Assembly (NCBI GenBank): GCA_016181145.1
Contig: JACOZW010000002.1
Coordinates: 1 to 50,606, forward strand
Source: Candidatus Yanofskybacteria bacterium
Lineage (GTDB): Bacteria; Patescibacteriota; Minisyncoccia; 2-02-FULL-40-12; GWA2-44-9
Length of the DNA: 50,606 bases
Direction: 5' to 3'
Both the position numbers and the translations under genes were made by a program. A model generated the notes under the pieces. The model was not told the origin of the DNA. It was given only the letters and a program-made list of their open reading frames with translations, and did no database searches. Below, piece by piece: positions 16,460-25,667 of the stretch. The number at the start of each line of letters is the position of its first letter. Within the stretch, counting starts at the first letter, position 1.

Positions 16460-17391
16460 ATGGTAAGAAGAGTTTTAGTCTGTGGAGCAAGTGGATTTGT
16501 CGGGAGAAACATATTCGAACGCCTATCTGAGCGCCAAGATATTGAACTTATAGGAACTTACTATAAGAATCGTTTTAGCTCAGACCCGCGCTTAGTTCAA
16601 GTCGACCTAACTGACAGAAATCAGGTGAATGAGCTAATGAAGGGCGTTGATGTTTTAATCCAGGCCGCAGCGGTTACTAAGAAAGGCCATATATCCATGT
16701 TACCGATAATGGAATTATGAACCTCCTTCTGTATCAGGCTTCTTTTGACCAGTGCGTTGAAAAAGTAATTTTCTTCAGCTGTTCGATTATGTATCCCGGC
16801 GGTGATAGGCCTCTGAAAGAAACTGATCTGGATCTCAATGACGGTATTTATCCCGCATATTTAGGAGCTGGTTGGACAAAGGTCTATCTAGAGAAAATGT
16901 GTGACTTTTATTCACGCCAAGGCAGAACCAAGTTTGTCGTGATTAGGCATTCCAATACATACGGTCCGTATGATAAATATGATCTTGAGCGATCTCATAT
17001 GTTCGGCGCCAACATTACCAAAGTTATGACGGCTAAAGATAGTGATGAGATCACAGTCTGGGGAACCGGCCAGGAAAAAAGAGATCTGGTATATATTTCT
17101 GATGTTGTTGATTTTGTCGAGCTGGCCATGGCAAAGCAAAGTCAAGAAAACTTTGACCTAGTTAATGTCGGCTGCGGTGAAGCCCTGAGCGTAAACGATA
17201 TAATTTCAAAAATAATTCTTGCCTCAGGCAAGAACCTATCATTAACACACAATATAGCTGGACCGACTATTCCGGTTAGCATTGTACTCGACATAACAAG
17301 AGCAAAAAATGTATATGGCTGGCGACCTAAAGTTTCTCTTGATACGGGCATTGCTAAGACCATTGATTGGTATCGTAAAAATCTTCTATAA
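16460..17391 (+). pseudogene. GDP-L-fucose-synthase/ColC-like epimerase-reductase, interrupted by a frameshift near 16676-16682
   Basis: ORF 16409..16720 carries MVRRVLVCGASGFVGRN...QAAAVT and then runs into nonsense and a stop. The frame of ORF 16717..17391 is open from 16681 (ERPYIHVTDNGIMNLLLYQASF...SCSIMYP...YGPYDKYDLERSHMFGA). Joining the two at the AAGAAAGG run restores a normal SDR. AAGGGG RBS before the ATG at 16460. Confidence 0.75.
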
Positions 17392-17393
17392 AG

Positions 17394-17417
17394 CCTCGCA
17401 TAATGCGAGGTTTTTTA
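17394..17417 (+). terminator. intrinsic terminator
   Basis: CCTCGCA-TAA-TGCGAGG hairpin followed by TTTTTT. Confidence 0.75.
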
Positions 17418-17425
17418 TCCTTTTC

Positions 17426-17453
17426 TTGACACGCACCAGTAATTATATAGAAT
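17426..17453 (+). promoter_or_regulatory. candidate promoter TTGACA-N16-TAGAAT
   Basis: -35 at 17426-17431 and -10 at 17448-17453, about 20 nt before the ATG at 17473. Confidence 0.45.
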
Positions 17454-17472
17454 AACAATCAGCTATTTATCA

Positions 17473-18459
17473 ATGTTGGGGAAAATATCTGTGAAATACA
17501 GACCGCTCGGAGCAAGTGGAATTATAGTTTCCGAAATTGGATTTGGTGGCTGGGGCATCGGTGGCGTAACTCCGGGTCCGACCTCCTACGGTCCGACCGA
17601 CGACAATGAATCGCGAAGAGCCCTAGAAACAGCTTTTGATAAGGGAATAAACTATTACGACACCGCTAGCGTCTACGGCAAGAGCGAAGAATTAATCGGA
17701 AAAACTTTCAGGGATAAACGAGACCAGGTCGTTATTGGCACTAAGGTTGGATTTCTAGAACATCACACTCCGCAAGATTTTTCCCAGAAAAATATTGTCG
17801 CTACGCTTGAAAAAAGTTTAAATAATCTGGGAACAGATTACATCGACCTTTATCAGCTACACAACCCCGATATTCCAAATTTACCAATGGATGAGATCAT
17901 AGATACCTTAAACGGATTAAAGACTCGGGGCTTGATCAGGGCCCTCGGAGTTTCAGTTAAACATCCTAATCACGGCTTAACAGTGTTTAAATACGGGATA
18001 TTCAGCTCAATACAGGCTAATCTTAGTATGATCGATCAGAGAGCAATTGATAACAATCTCATGGAACTAGCCGAGGAACAGAGCGTGGGAGTTATCGGGC
18101 GCACTCCCTTGAACTTTGGATTCCTTACTGATAACGGGAAAACAATGAGCCTTGACTTCAGTCCGCAGGATCATAGGTCAGTTTGGCCAATGAAGCAAAG
18201 AGAAGCCTGGCAAAAGGCTGCCCGACTATTGTCGGAAGTCGCCCCTGAATATCCACTGGCCCAATTGGCCTTATGTTACTGCTTAAGCATTGCGGGAGTG
18301 AGTACTGTTATCCCCGGCCTACTTACAGTAAATGATGTTTTGGAGAACACCCTCGCCTCAAGCCTGCCGAGACTAAGTCCGGACCAAATGGATCAGATCA
18401 GACAGATATACAACGAAAACGACCAATTCTTCGTCCAGCAACCTAGACCCCCTCAATAA
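17473..18459 (+). CDS. aldo/keto reductase
   Basis: GFGGWGIGG, YYDTASVYGKSEELIG and LYQLHNPD motifs. Confidence 0.9.
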   Translation: MLGKISVKYRPLGASGIIVSEIGFGGWGIGGVTPGPTSYGPTDDNESRRALETAFDKGINYYDTASVYGKSEELIGKTFRDKRDQVVIGTKVGFLEHHTPQDFSQKNIVATLEKSLNNLGTDYIDLYQLHNPDIPNLPMDEIIDTLNGLKTRGLIRALGVSVKHPNHGLTVFKYGIFSSIQANLSMIDQRAIDNNLMELAEEQSVGVIGRTPLNFGFLTDNGKTMSLDFSPQDHRSVWPMKQREAWQKAARLLSEVAPEYPLAQLALCYCLSIAGVSTVIPGLLTVNDVLENTLASSLPRLSPDQMDQIRQIYNENDQFFVQQPRPPQ

Positions 18460-18470
18460 GGGGGCTTTTT
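18448..18470 (+). terminator. intrinsic terminator overlapping the stop codon
   Basis: CCCCC-TCAATAA-GGGGG hairpin followed by CTTTTT. Confidence 0.5.
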
Positions 18471-18479
18471 ATTCAGTCA

Positions 18480-18508
18480 TTGCCAAAAGATCAGTTTTAA
18501 TGTATAAA
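18480..18508 (+). promoter_or_regulatory. candidate promoter TTGCCA-N17-TATAAA
   Basis: -35 at 18480-18485 and -10 at 18503-18508. AGGAG RBS at 18532-18536, 5 nt before the GTG start. Confidence 0.35.
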
Positions 18509-18541
18509 TATCGCTATGAACCTTAATAATTAGGAGCCATT

Positions 18542-20701
18542 GTGAGCTTAATTCCGCTTAAGACTGCAACAGAAGGACCTATTTACCCGATGGCGACAAA
18601 ACCACCGATAGAAAAAATTAAGGTAGGCCAAGTTCAGCTTAATACCAGCTTCTCGAATCAGTATTATCTTCCCCTCGCCTCCGGGATGCTTCGGGCTTAT
18701 TCAAAAAAACACCTGATATATTCGGACTATTACGAATTTAATGATATGGTCTTCAAATTTCCTAAAAATAAAAAGGAGTTAGATGAAACGGCTGAACAAC
18801 TAAGCGAAAACCACTTACTCCTAGTCGGAAACTATACCTGGGGAGAACAACACTCTTTAGCCTTAGCCCGCAAATATAAACAGTATAATCCTAACGGAAT
18901 TGTTGTTTTCGGCGGACCTCAGGTACCTGACAGCAAAAAACAATTCCGCAGAAACAAAACTATTGAGCTTACCGAGGAAGAACAAAAGAGAAAAAGAACA
19001 AGCTTTACCCCAAACTACCATCACGCTAATCCGTTTATTGATATTTGTCTTCACGGTGAAGGCGAAAGATCATTGCGTTATCTTCTTGAACAAATGGCAA
19101 TTGACGGTCTTCGGGATAAAACCGCTATTCCCTCTGCTAGTTACGTGGATATGAGCGGCAATTTCTGCTACAACGCAAAGCTCGGAAGAATGAGTAGCCA
19201 GGAATTGGCCGAAACGGCATCACCGTTTACAACCAGCATATTTGATAACCTCATTCCGCGTTATCCAGAGCTTGTTTTCATAGTAATGTATGAGACAGAC
19301 CGCGGTTGTCCATTTAACTGTACATATTGCGATTGGGGTGGCGCGACAGAAGACAGAATAAGCCAGATGCCTATGGAAATGATCTATAAGGATATCATGT
19401 GGATGGGAGAGAGACGAATTCCATATGTATTTTTATGTAATGCAAATTTCGGAATTCTCGAACGCGACATACAAATTGCCGAATTTTTCGCCGAAGCTAA
19501 AGCTAAATATGGATTTCCGGAAGCAATTAGCACTCAGAATTCAAAGAATCCTAAAAGACACACTATAGAAGCTCTCAAAGTCTTACAGCGAGCTGGTATA
19601 AACAAGGCTACAGTAATGTCCCAACAATCATTAAATCCCCCCACCCTAAAGGCGGTAAGGCGTAATAACATGAATCTTGACGAATACTATAAAATCCAGA
19701 AGGAATTGGCGGCAGAGGGAATTGATACGATGACAGACCTGATTCCCGGCATGCCGGAAGAGACATACGACACCCTATTTAACGGTATTGTGACTTTAAT
19801 CACCAATGGCCAGCATAACCGCATCCAATTCAACATTCTTTCCACGCTGATTAATACCGAGATGGCCAATGAGGAATATAAGGACTATTACGGATTCCAA
19901 ACGGTAAAAACCCCGATCATTAATGCCCATGGAAGCAGAGGCGATATGAATACCGGAATCGAGGAATTGCAGGAGTTTGTGGTCGCTACCAATACTATGC
20001 CAACCGAGGATTGGATTAAAACATACGTCCTCTGCTGGACCGTCAATCTGCTTTATTTCAGTAAACTTCTCCAGATTCCCATAATAGTTCTCAACAAAGT
20101 ATACGGCTTGGATTACCGCAAAATTTTTGAACTATTTCTTACTGGACGATTTTCGCAATACGGAGATTTTCCAGTACTATCCGAAATTAACAAGTTCCTG
20201 ACTGAGGTTGGCTCAGGTATCCAGAAAGGTGAACGAGGAGAATTCACTTACTCCAAAGAGTGGCTGGATATTTACTGGATGTCAGATGAATATGTATTAA
20301 TAAAGATGTGCAAAGAAGGAAAGATGGAGAAATTTTATGAAGAAGCTCACAGATTAATGTCGCAACTCATTGAGCCTCATCAGAACAGAGGGCCGCTTGA
20401 CGAAGCCGTCAAGCTAAACAAATCTTTACTAAAAATTCCGTTCCAGACGAGCGATCTGGACCTGACCCTCAAATACAGCATCTGGGATATGTATAGGGCC
20501 GTGCTTCGGGGTAAAAACGAAGACTTAAGAACCGGACATTACCAGTATACTATCGACCGAACTACAAAAGACGAGCGTGGTAGCAATTGGTGGGGATCAT
20601 GGGAGGATTGGTACAGGCAGATGGTTTGGTACTGCAACCGGCGAGGTGCCTATCTTTACGGCAATGTGAATCCGCATCAGGAAATCTCCGGTCATCATTA
20701 A
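18542..20701 (+). CDS. B12-binding-domain radical SAM enzyme (class B type) with a long C-terminal extension
   Basis: N-terminal Rossmann-like B12-type domain (LLLVGNYTW...VVFGGPQVP). Radical SAM cluster motif RGCPFNCTYCDWGG (CxxxCxxC). Confidence 0.85.
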   Translation: MSLIPLKTATEGPIYPMATKPPIEKIKVGQVQLNTSFSNQYYLPLASGMLRAYSKKHLIYSDYYEFNDMVFKFPKNKKELDETAEQLSENHLLLVGNYTWGEQHSLALARKYKQYNPNGIVVFGGPQVPDSKKQFRRNKTIELTEEEQKRKRTSFTPNYHHANPFIDICLHGEGERSLRYLLEQMAIDGLRDKTAIPSASYVDMSGNFCYNAKLGRMSSQELAETASPFTTSIFDNLIPRYPELVFIVMYETDRGCPFNCTYCDWGGATEDRISQMPMEMIYKDIMWMGERRIPYVFLCNANFGILERDIQIAEFFAEAKAKYGFPEAISTQNSKNPKRHTIEALKVLQRAGINKATVMSQQSLNPPTLKAVRRNNMNLDEYYKIQKELAAEGIDTMTDLIPGMPEETYDTLFNGIVTLITNGQHNRIQFNILSTLINTEMANEEYKDYYGFQTVKTPIINAHGSRGDMNTGIEELQEFVVATNTMPTEDWIKTYVLCWTVNLLYFSKLLQIPIIVLNKVYGLDYRKIFELFLTGRFSQYGDFPVLSEINKFLTEVGSGIQKGERGEFTYSKEWLDIYWMSDEYVLIKMCKEGKMEKFYEEAHRLMSQLIEPHQNRGPLDEAVKLNKSLLKIPFQTSDLDLTLKYSIWDMYRAVLRGKNEDLRTGHYQYTIDRTTKDERGSNWWGSWEDWYRQMVWYCNRRGAYLYGNVNPHQEISGHH

Positions 20702-20706
20702 AATAT

Positions 20707-20733
20707 AAACCCCACACATAGTGTGGGGTTTTA
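20707..20733. terminator. bidirectional intrinsic terminator between convergent radical SAM genes
   Basis: AAACCCCACAC-ATA-GTGTGGGGTTT hairpin, flanked by an A run on the left and a T run on the right. Confidence 0.75.
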
Positions 20734-20739
20734 ATTATC

Positions 20740-22038
20740 TTAATACGACATTCCCCTGTCTCGAAGATATTTCTGAACCTGTTTAATGTTATTGGCAATC
20801 TCTTCACGAGTGAGAGAAGGACCCCATGGAGTTTCCTTTTCATACTCAAACGGCAGACCAACTTCTTCGTCATCACCGAAGCGATACATCAGATGGGCAT
20901 GCTTCGAAAGGTCCTGTTCAATGCTCTTGATACCTAAGGATTCGGCGCTATTATGAAAAACCGAGCCAGGTACAACATCCAACCCGGAAAGAGCTACGAA
21001 ATCAGGCTTAACTTCTTCGAGAAACTTGATAGTCTTCTCAACCACCTGATTCGTTTCTCCAGGCAAACCAAAAATAAGACAAACCTTTACTTTAATGTCT
21101 AGCTTTTTCAGAATATCAATATATCTACGGATTGAATCAACACTAGAATTAGGCTTATTAGACAGCTTAAGAACTTTATCAGATTCTACGCTTTCAACAC
21201 CAAGAGCCAGCTCCAGGCACCCGCTTTGACGAGCAAGCTTCAGAATCTCCTCAGTTCCCAAGGGTGTTGTCTGGCCTCTCCAAACAATGTTTTCAGCACC
21301 GATCGCTTCAAACATAGCTGTCGCTTCCTTACGATTGACCGGAATACAAACTTCATCTCGCAAATTAACGCCCCGCACACCATAGCGCTGTTTCAAATAT
21401 CTGATTTCTGCCGTAACCTGTTCCGGCAGCCTAAGCTCAAACCGGTTGGGATTGTTATACACGCAGAAACTACAATGAAAAACACAGCCACGCGAAAAGT
21501 AAACACTGGTTCCAGGAATTGAACCGTACTGAGCAAAGTGCTTGTCATGAACGATATCAGTATCGGGAAGAAAATCCCTTTGCGGAAAAGAATAAGAAGA
21601 AAAATGGAATATCTGATTACTCCTGTATACAGACTGAAGCTTATTAGAACGATAGTCCGCAAGTGCCTGTAATATTAATTCTTCGCCACTACCAACGATC
21701 GATGCATCAAATATGCCGGAGCATTCCTCCGTTAAATGGTCCACATGATTACCACCAGCAATGTGAATGCCATGAGGGTATCTTCGCTTTGTTTCCTGGA
21801 CAAGTTTATAAACTCTGGGGGCATCAGCACTTTTCATTATCCAATAAAAATATATATCTCGCTCCGGAAGCTCAATCTCTTCTTTATGTCGTCCGCGTAA
21901 ATCTATTACATCAACATTGGCCTTCGGATTACGCTCCCGCAGTAAAGTTGCATAATAAAGTTCCCAAAGAGGCTGTAATTTCTTTGGATCGATCCAGTAA
22001 TGCCAAAACGGAACAACAACAGCGATGTTTTCTCCCAT
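20740..22038 (-). CDS. B12-binding-domain radical SAM enzyme
   Basis: N-terminal B12-type domain (IAVVVPFWH...IHIAGGNHV). Cluster motif SRGCVFHCSFCVY. Confidence 0.85.
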   Translation of the reverse strand: MGENIAVVVPFWHYWIDPKKLQPLWELYYATLLRERNPKANVDVIDLRGRHKEEIELPERDIYFYWIMKSADAPRVYKLVQETKRRYPHGIHIAGGNHVDHLTEECSGIFDASIVGSGEELILQALADYRSNKLQSVYRSNQIFHFSSYSFPQRDFLPDTDIVHDKHFAQYGSIPGTSVYFSRGCVFHCSFCVYNNPNRFELRLPEQVTAEIRYLKQRYGVRGVNLRDEVCIPVNRKEATAMFEAIGAENIVWRGQTTPLGTEEILKLARQSGCLELALGVESVESDKVLKLSNKPNSSVDSIRRYIDILKKLDIKVKVCLIFGLPGETNQVVEKTIKFLEEVKPDFVALSGLDVVPGSVFHNSAESLGIKSIEQDLSKHAHLMYRFGDDEEVGLPFEYEKETPWGPSLTREEIANNIKQVQKYLRDRGMSY

Positions 22039-22122
22039 TACAACAACTCCTTTTCAAAGAACTAACATAGTAATACCTGTCGCCATATAATATCATAGTT
22101 AGCCCTTAATGCAAGATTAACC

Positions 22123-22151
22123 TTGACTTAGCAAAATTAGTTTAGTATAAA
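22123..22151 (+). promoter_or_regulatory. candidate promoter TTGACT-N17-TATAAA
   Basis: -35 at 22123-22128 and -10 at 22146-22151. Confidence 0.45.
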
Positions 22152-22160
22152 TAGTAATCT

Positions 22161-22721
22161 TTGAATATGCGGGGTATTGAAGTGAAGTTAGTTTTTCTTT
22201 ACGGACCACCGGCAGTTGGAAAATTAACTGTGGCAAAAGCCTTGTCAGAAAAGACAGGGTTTAAGCTCTTACACAATCATCTTTTTGCCGATTTAGTCAG
22301 ATCTGTCTTTGACTATAACAACGTTGTCGGTAGAAACGTTCATAAGAGCATCCGAATAATCATGTATGAAGCCGCCACAAGGAATGGCATAGACGGTCTT
22401 ATTTTTACTTTTTCATACTATGGCGGCATAGAGGATGATGTTGCTGTAAAAGAGTGGGTTGATATCACAAAAAAACATGGTGATAAAATTTATTTCGTAC
22501 GGCTTTCGTGTATCAAAGAAGAGCTGGAAAAACGCGTCCTAAATCCTTCTCGAATCGGAACAAAAAAGGTTACCGAAGTCGACAAGCTAAGAAAGATCAT
22601 GAGAGAAGAAAATCCTTGCATGGAAATACCGAGGGATATTATTGAAAGTTTACATATTGACAATACCAGCCTAGAACCTGAAAATACGGCCCTAGCAATA
22701 AAATCCCACTATAACCTATAG
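22161..22721 (+). CDS. P-loop NTPase / small-molecule kinase-like protein (AAA_33 / shikimate-kinase-like size)
   Basis: Walker A motif YGPPAVGKLT near the N-terminus, about 180 aa in total. The true start may be ATG 22167 or GTG 22182 (VKLVFLYGPP). Confidence 0.55.
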   Translation: MNMRGIEVKLVFLYGPPAVGKLTVAKALSEKTGFKLLHNHLFADLVRSVFDYNNVVGRNVHKSIRIIMYEAATRNGIDGLIFTFSYYGGIEDDVAVKEWVDITKKHGDKIYFVRLSCIKEELEKRVLNPSRIGTKKVTEVDKLRKIMREENPCMEIPRDIIESLHIDNTSLEPENTALAIKSHYNL

Positions 22722-22732
22722 AACTCTCGTTT

Positions 22733-22756
22733 GCCCTCGCGCCAGAGGGCTTTTAT
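22733..22756 (+). terminator. intrinsic terminator
   Basis: GCCCTC-GCGCCA-GAGGGC hairpin followed by TTTTATATATT. Confidence 0.65.
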
Positions 22757-22804
22757 ATATTGCAAAAATAAGATACAACTTATAGCATATGGCTAACCCA
22801 TATT

Positions 22805-23401
22805 ATGAATCACGAGGTAGAATTTTTTTTGAAAAATAAAATATTTCCCGAACTTGAACAAGGACGTCCGGGATGGGATAAACCGCATACAGAATGTGTC
22901 GTTTCATATGTAAAAAAGATCGTGCGAAACGCCCCACATCTCAAATTAGATCTTGATTCACTTATAATTGTGGGTTACTCTCACGACTGGGGATATGCAA
23001 AGTTATTCAAAAATGGACTTTATGTGGGCGGGAAAGAAATTCAAAAGGTCAAAAGTTTACACGCACAAATAAGTGCAAAAAAAATCTCCTCCTTACTAAA
23101 AAACTCTATATTTGATTTTTTGAAACCTGAGCAAAAAGAAAGAATACGCCATTTAGTGCTCAACCACGATAATCTAGAAAAGTTAATACACAACGATGAG
23201 CTAGTGTTTATGGAAGCCGATACCCTGGGACAACTCGATATAAACCGAGTAGTACCGACCTTTAATAAAACAGATGGAGAAAAATACATGGAAAAAGTAG
23301 AACAAACTAGAATACCAAAATTTATTACCCAATTTTCAAAAAAAAGAGCCGAAAAACTGCTTAAGCTGAGAAAAGAGTACCACAAGATCCCACCTCGATA
23401 A
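22805..23401 (+). CDS. HD-domain phosphohydrolase (putative)
   Basis: KPHTECV ... GYSHDWGY ... LNHDN ... EADTLGQLD fits the H..HD..D pattern. Confidence 0.55.
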   Translation: MNHEVEFFLKNKIFPELEQGRPGWDKPHTECVVSYVKKIVRNAPHLKLDLDSLIIVGYSHDWGYAKLFKNGLYVGGKEIQKVKSLHAQISAKKISSLLKNSIFDFLKPEQKERIRHLVLNHDNLEKLIHNDELVFMEADTLGQLDINRVVPTFNKTDGEKYMEKVEQTRIPKFITQFSKKRAEKLLKLRKEYHKIPPR

Positions 23402-23494
23402 GCTAATAAAACGTAAAGTTGACGAATCTAGAAAAAAACTTTACCATACCACATAGTTAGCCTTCCTTAAAAAAACAAGGAAAATAAAGACACT

Positions 23495-24448
23495 ATGTTC
23501 GATGGTAGCAAGGTTTTAGTTACTGGCGGAGCCGGTTTTATCGGAACTAACCTCATAAAAAGACTCCTCGAAACAGGGGCCGTTATCAAAGCCACTTTCC
23601 ATCAGCAGGAACCCACAGAATTCATTGATCGGGTTAACTATATAAAAGCTGACCTGACAAGAGAAAGAGATTGCCGAATGGTTAGTGAAGGAGTTGATTA
23701 TGTTTTTATGTGCTCATCTTATGCCCTGGGCGCAGGTAAGACCGAAGAAGAAAAACTGCGACACACTAATGACGATCTTACGATGACCTCTCTCATGCTT
23801 GAATCGTCCTGGCAAGCAAGAGCAAAGAAGTTTCTTTGGATAAGCAGTTGTGTTATATATCCCCTATCTGATTCTCCTCTTAAAGAAGAGCGTGGCCATG
23901 ATGATCCTCTCTTTGATAAATATTTTCTGATTGGGTCCGCCAAAAGACGCGGAGAAAAACTCTGCCAAGAATACGCCGAAAAAACCGAAGGTCAGATGAC
24001 TATTGTAGTCGTCAGACCGACTAGTGCTTACGGACCCCACGAAAACATGGCAACCTCCCATGTCATACCGGCTCTTATCCGGAAAGTTATCGAAAGAAAT
24101 GATCCGGTAGAAGTATGGGGTGACGGTACGGCCATTAAAGACCTTATCTATGCGGATGACCTTGCAAGAGGAATGATTCTGGCGATGGAGAAAGTAAATA
24201 GGTTTATGCCCATTAATCTCGGCTCCGGTGAACAAACAAGTATCAGAAGAATCGTAGAGACAATAATTAGAGTCGACGGCTACAGTAATGCAAGGATAGT
24301 TTTTGACCCGTCTAAACCCACGATGATACCGAAAATGCTCGTCGATGTTACCCGAGCCAAAGAAGTTTTGGGTTTCCAGACGACAACTAGCCTTGAAGAT
24401 GGGTTAAGAAAAACAATTGAGTGGTACAGACAGAAAAGAGATAAATAA
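23495..24448 (+). CDS. NAD-dependent epimerase/reductase, GDP-L-fucose-synthase-like
   Basis: VLVTGGAGFIGTNL, SSCVIYP and YGPHENMATSHVIPALIRK motifs. Confidence 0.8.
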   Translation: MFDGSKVLVTGGAGFIGTNLIKRLLETGAVIKATFHQQEPTEFIDRVNYIKADLTRERDCRMVSEGVDYVFMCSSYALGAGKTEEEKLRHTNDDLTMTSLMLESSWQARAKKFLWISSCVIYPLSDSPLKEERGHDDPLFDKYFLIGSAKRRGEKLCQEYAEKTEGQMTIVVVRPTSAYGPHENMATSHVIPALIRKVIERNDPVEVWGDGTAIKDLIYADDLARGMILAMEKVNRFMPINLGSGEQTSIRRIVETIIRVDGYSNARIVFDPSKPTMIPKMLVDVTRAKEVLGFQTTTSLEDGLRKTIEWYRQKRDK

Positions 24449-24456
24449 TTATTGCG

Positions 24457-24492
24457 AACCGCCCCGAATTTATTGAACGGGCGGTTTTTTTT
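24457..24492 (+). terminator. intrinsic terminator
   Basis: AACCGCCC-(13-14 nt loop)-GGGCGGTT hairpin followed by TTTTTT. Confidence 0.7.
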
Positions 24493-24513
24493 CGAGACAA
24501 GAAAACCGGCTTT

Positions 24514-24541
24514 TTGACATCAGCTGACACTTTTTGATACT
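24514..24541 (+). promoter_or_regulatory. phased-hexamer promoter/operator element (copy C)
   Basis: TGACAT (24515-24520), TGACAC (24525-24530) and TGATAC (24535-24540). Also readable as TTGACA-N16-GATACT. It ends 16 nt before the ATG at 24557. Confidence 0.5.
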
Positions 24542-24556
24542 CTAAGGTCAGATAAT

Positions 24557-25651
24557 ATGCCCAACAACGCATCGACAAACGCAGGTATCACAATCCCCAC
24601 GATGAACAGAGCTGATTTCGTTATCCGACAACTTCGCTACTATGCGTCGGTCAAGTGCCCACATACCATTTATATCGGCGACTCAAGCGACAAAGAAGAT
24701 TCGGAAAAAATACAAAATGAGGTAAAGCGGCTCGGAAGCTCGATCAAAGCAAAGTACTATTCTCTGCCCTCCTACAATATCTGGCAAGCCCACTATTATC
24801 TCCTCACCCAAGTAGAAGAAAAGTATACCTGTCTTAGCGGTGATGATGATTACCAGATACCAGATTCGGTAACTGAATGCGCCAAGTTTCTTGAAAATAA
24901 CCCGGAATATACAACCGCGAGCGGACATGCCGTAAGCTTCAGATTAAATCCTCATGGGGTCTATGGAAAACTTCTGAGGTTGGCTGATTATCACCGAGGA
25001 CAGATAGAAAATGGATCTGCCGCCGACCGGATCGTAGAATATTTCAATAGTTACTTTGTGACTTTTTTTTCTGTAAATAGAACTGAACAGACAAAAAGAT
25101 GCTGGAAAAGCTCCGAAAAAATACCGGACCAGGCATTTGGAGCAGAGATCCTGCCGTCATCCCTGCAAATAGTTAACGGCAAATCAAAGATAATAGATTG
25201 CCTTGGCTTCATAAGGCAGATCCATGGCCAACAGAATGGGTTAGTAAACACTTTCGAATGGATTACCAAGCCCATCTGGCTTGAATCGTATGAAAAATTT
25301 GAAAAAATAATTTCTGATGCCATGGTGGAGCGTGGCGGTATAAGCTATGCAGAGGCTAGAGAAGCAACACGATTGGGATTTTGGTCTTATCTTCAAACCT
25401 GGCTGGCAAAAGATTATAGAAGTACACTCTCGAGCAAAGGCCTGGACAAAACCAAGGACAGTAAAATAAAAGTCTTAAAAAGTACGCTTAAAAAGAAACT
25501 GCCCCTAATAGGAAAGGTGTATTCTGCGATAAAGCCCTTTATCTCAGATAAAAAGTATCTGCATTACGAAGTGCTTCAAAATAGCTCCAAATACTATAAG
25601 GATTTTAAGCCGGTCATGGATTCATTTACCGGTCAGATCAGGAATACCTGA
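24557..25651 (+). CDS. putative GT-A/GT2-like glycosyltransferase
   Basis: ITIPTMNRADF and SGDDDYQIP (DxD-like) resemble GT2 signatures. The remainder is not recognisable by eye. Confidence 0.45.
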   Translation: MPNNASTNAGITIPTMNRADFVIRQLRYYASVKCPHTIYIGDSSDKEDSEKIQNEVKRLGSSIKAKYYSLPSYNIWQAHYYLLTQVEEKYTCLSGDDDYQIPDSVTECAKFLENNPEYTTASGHAVSFRLNPHGVYGKLLRLADYHRGQIENGSAADRIVEYFNSYFVTFFSVNRTEQTKRCWKSSEKIPDQAFGAEILPSSLQIVNGKSKIIDCLGFIRQIHGQQNGLVNTFEWITKPIWLESYEKFEKIISDAMVERGGISYAEAREATRLGFWSYLQTWLAKDYRSTLSSKGLDKTKDSKIKVLKSTLKKKLPLIGKVYSAIKPFISDKKYLHYEVLQNSSKYYKDFKPVMDSFTGQIRNT

Positions 25652-25667
25652 GTGTTGATAATCCCCA

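Noticed and set aside
20562-20876. 104-aa minus-strand ORF spanning the convergent terminator
   Set aside because: It overlaps the 3' ends of both radical SAM genes and the terminator hairpin, and has no recognisable domain.
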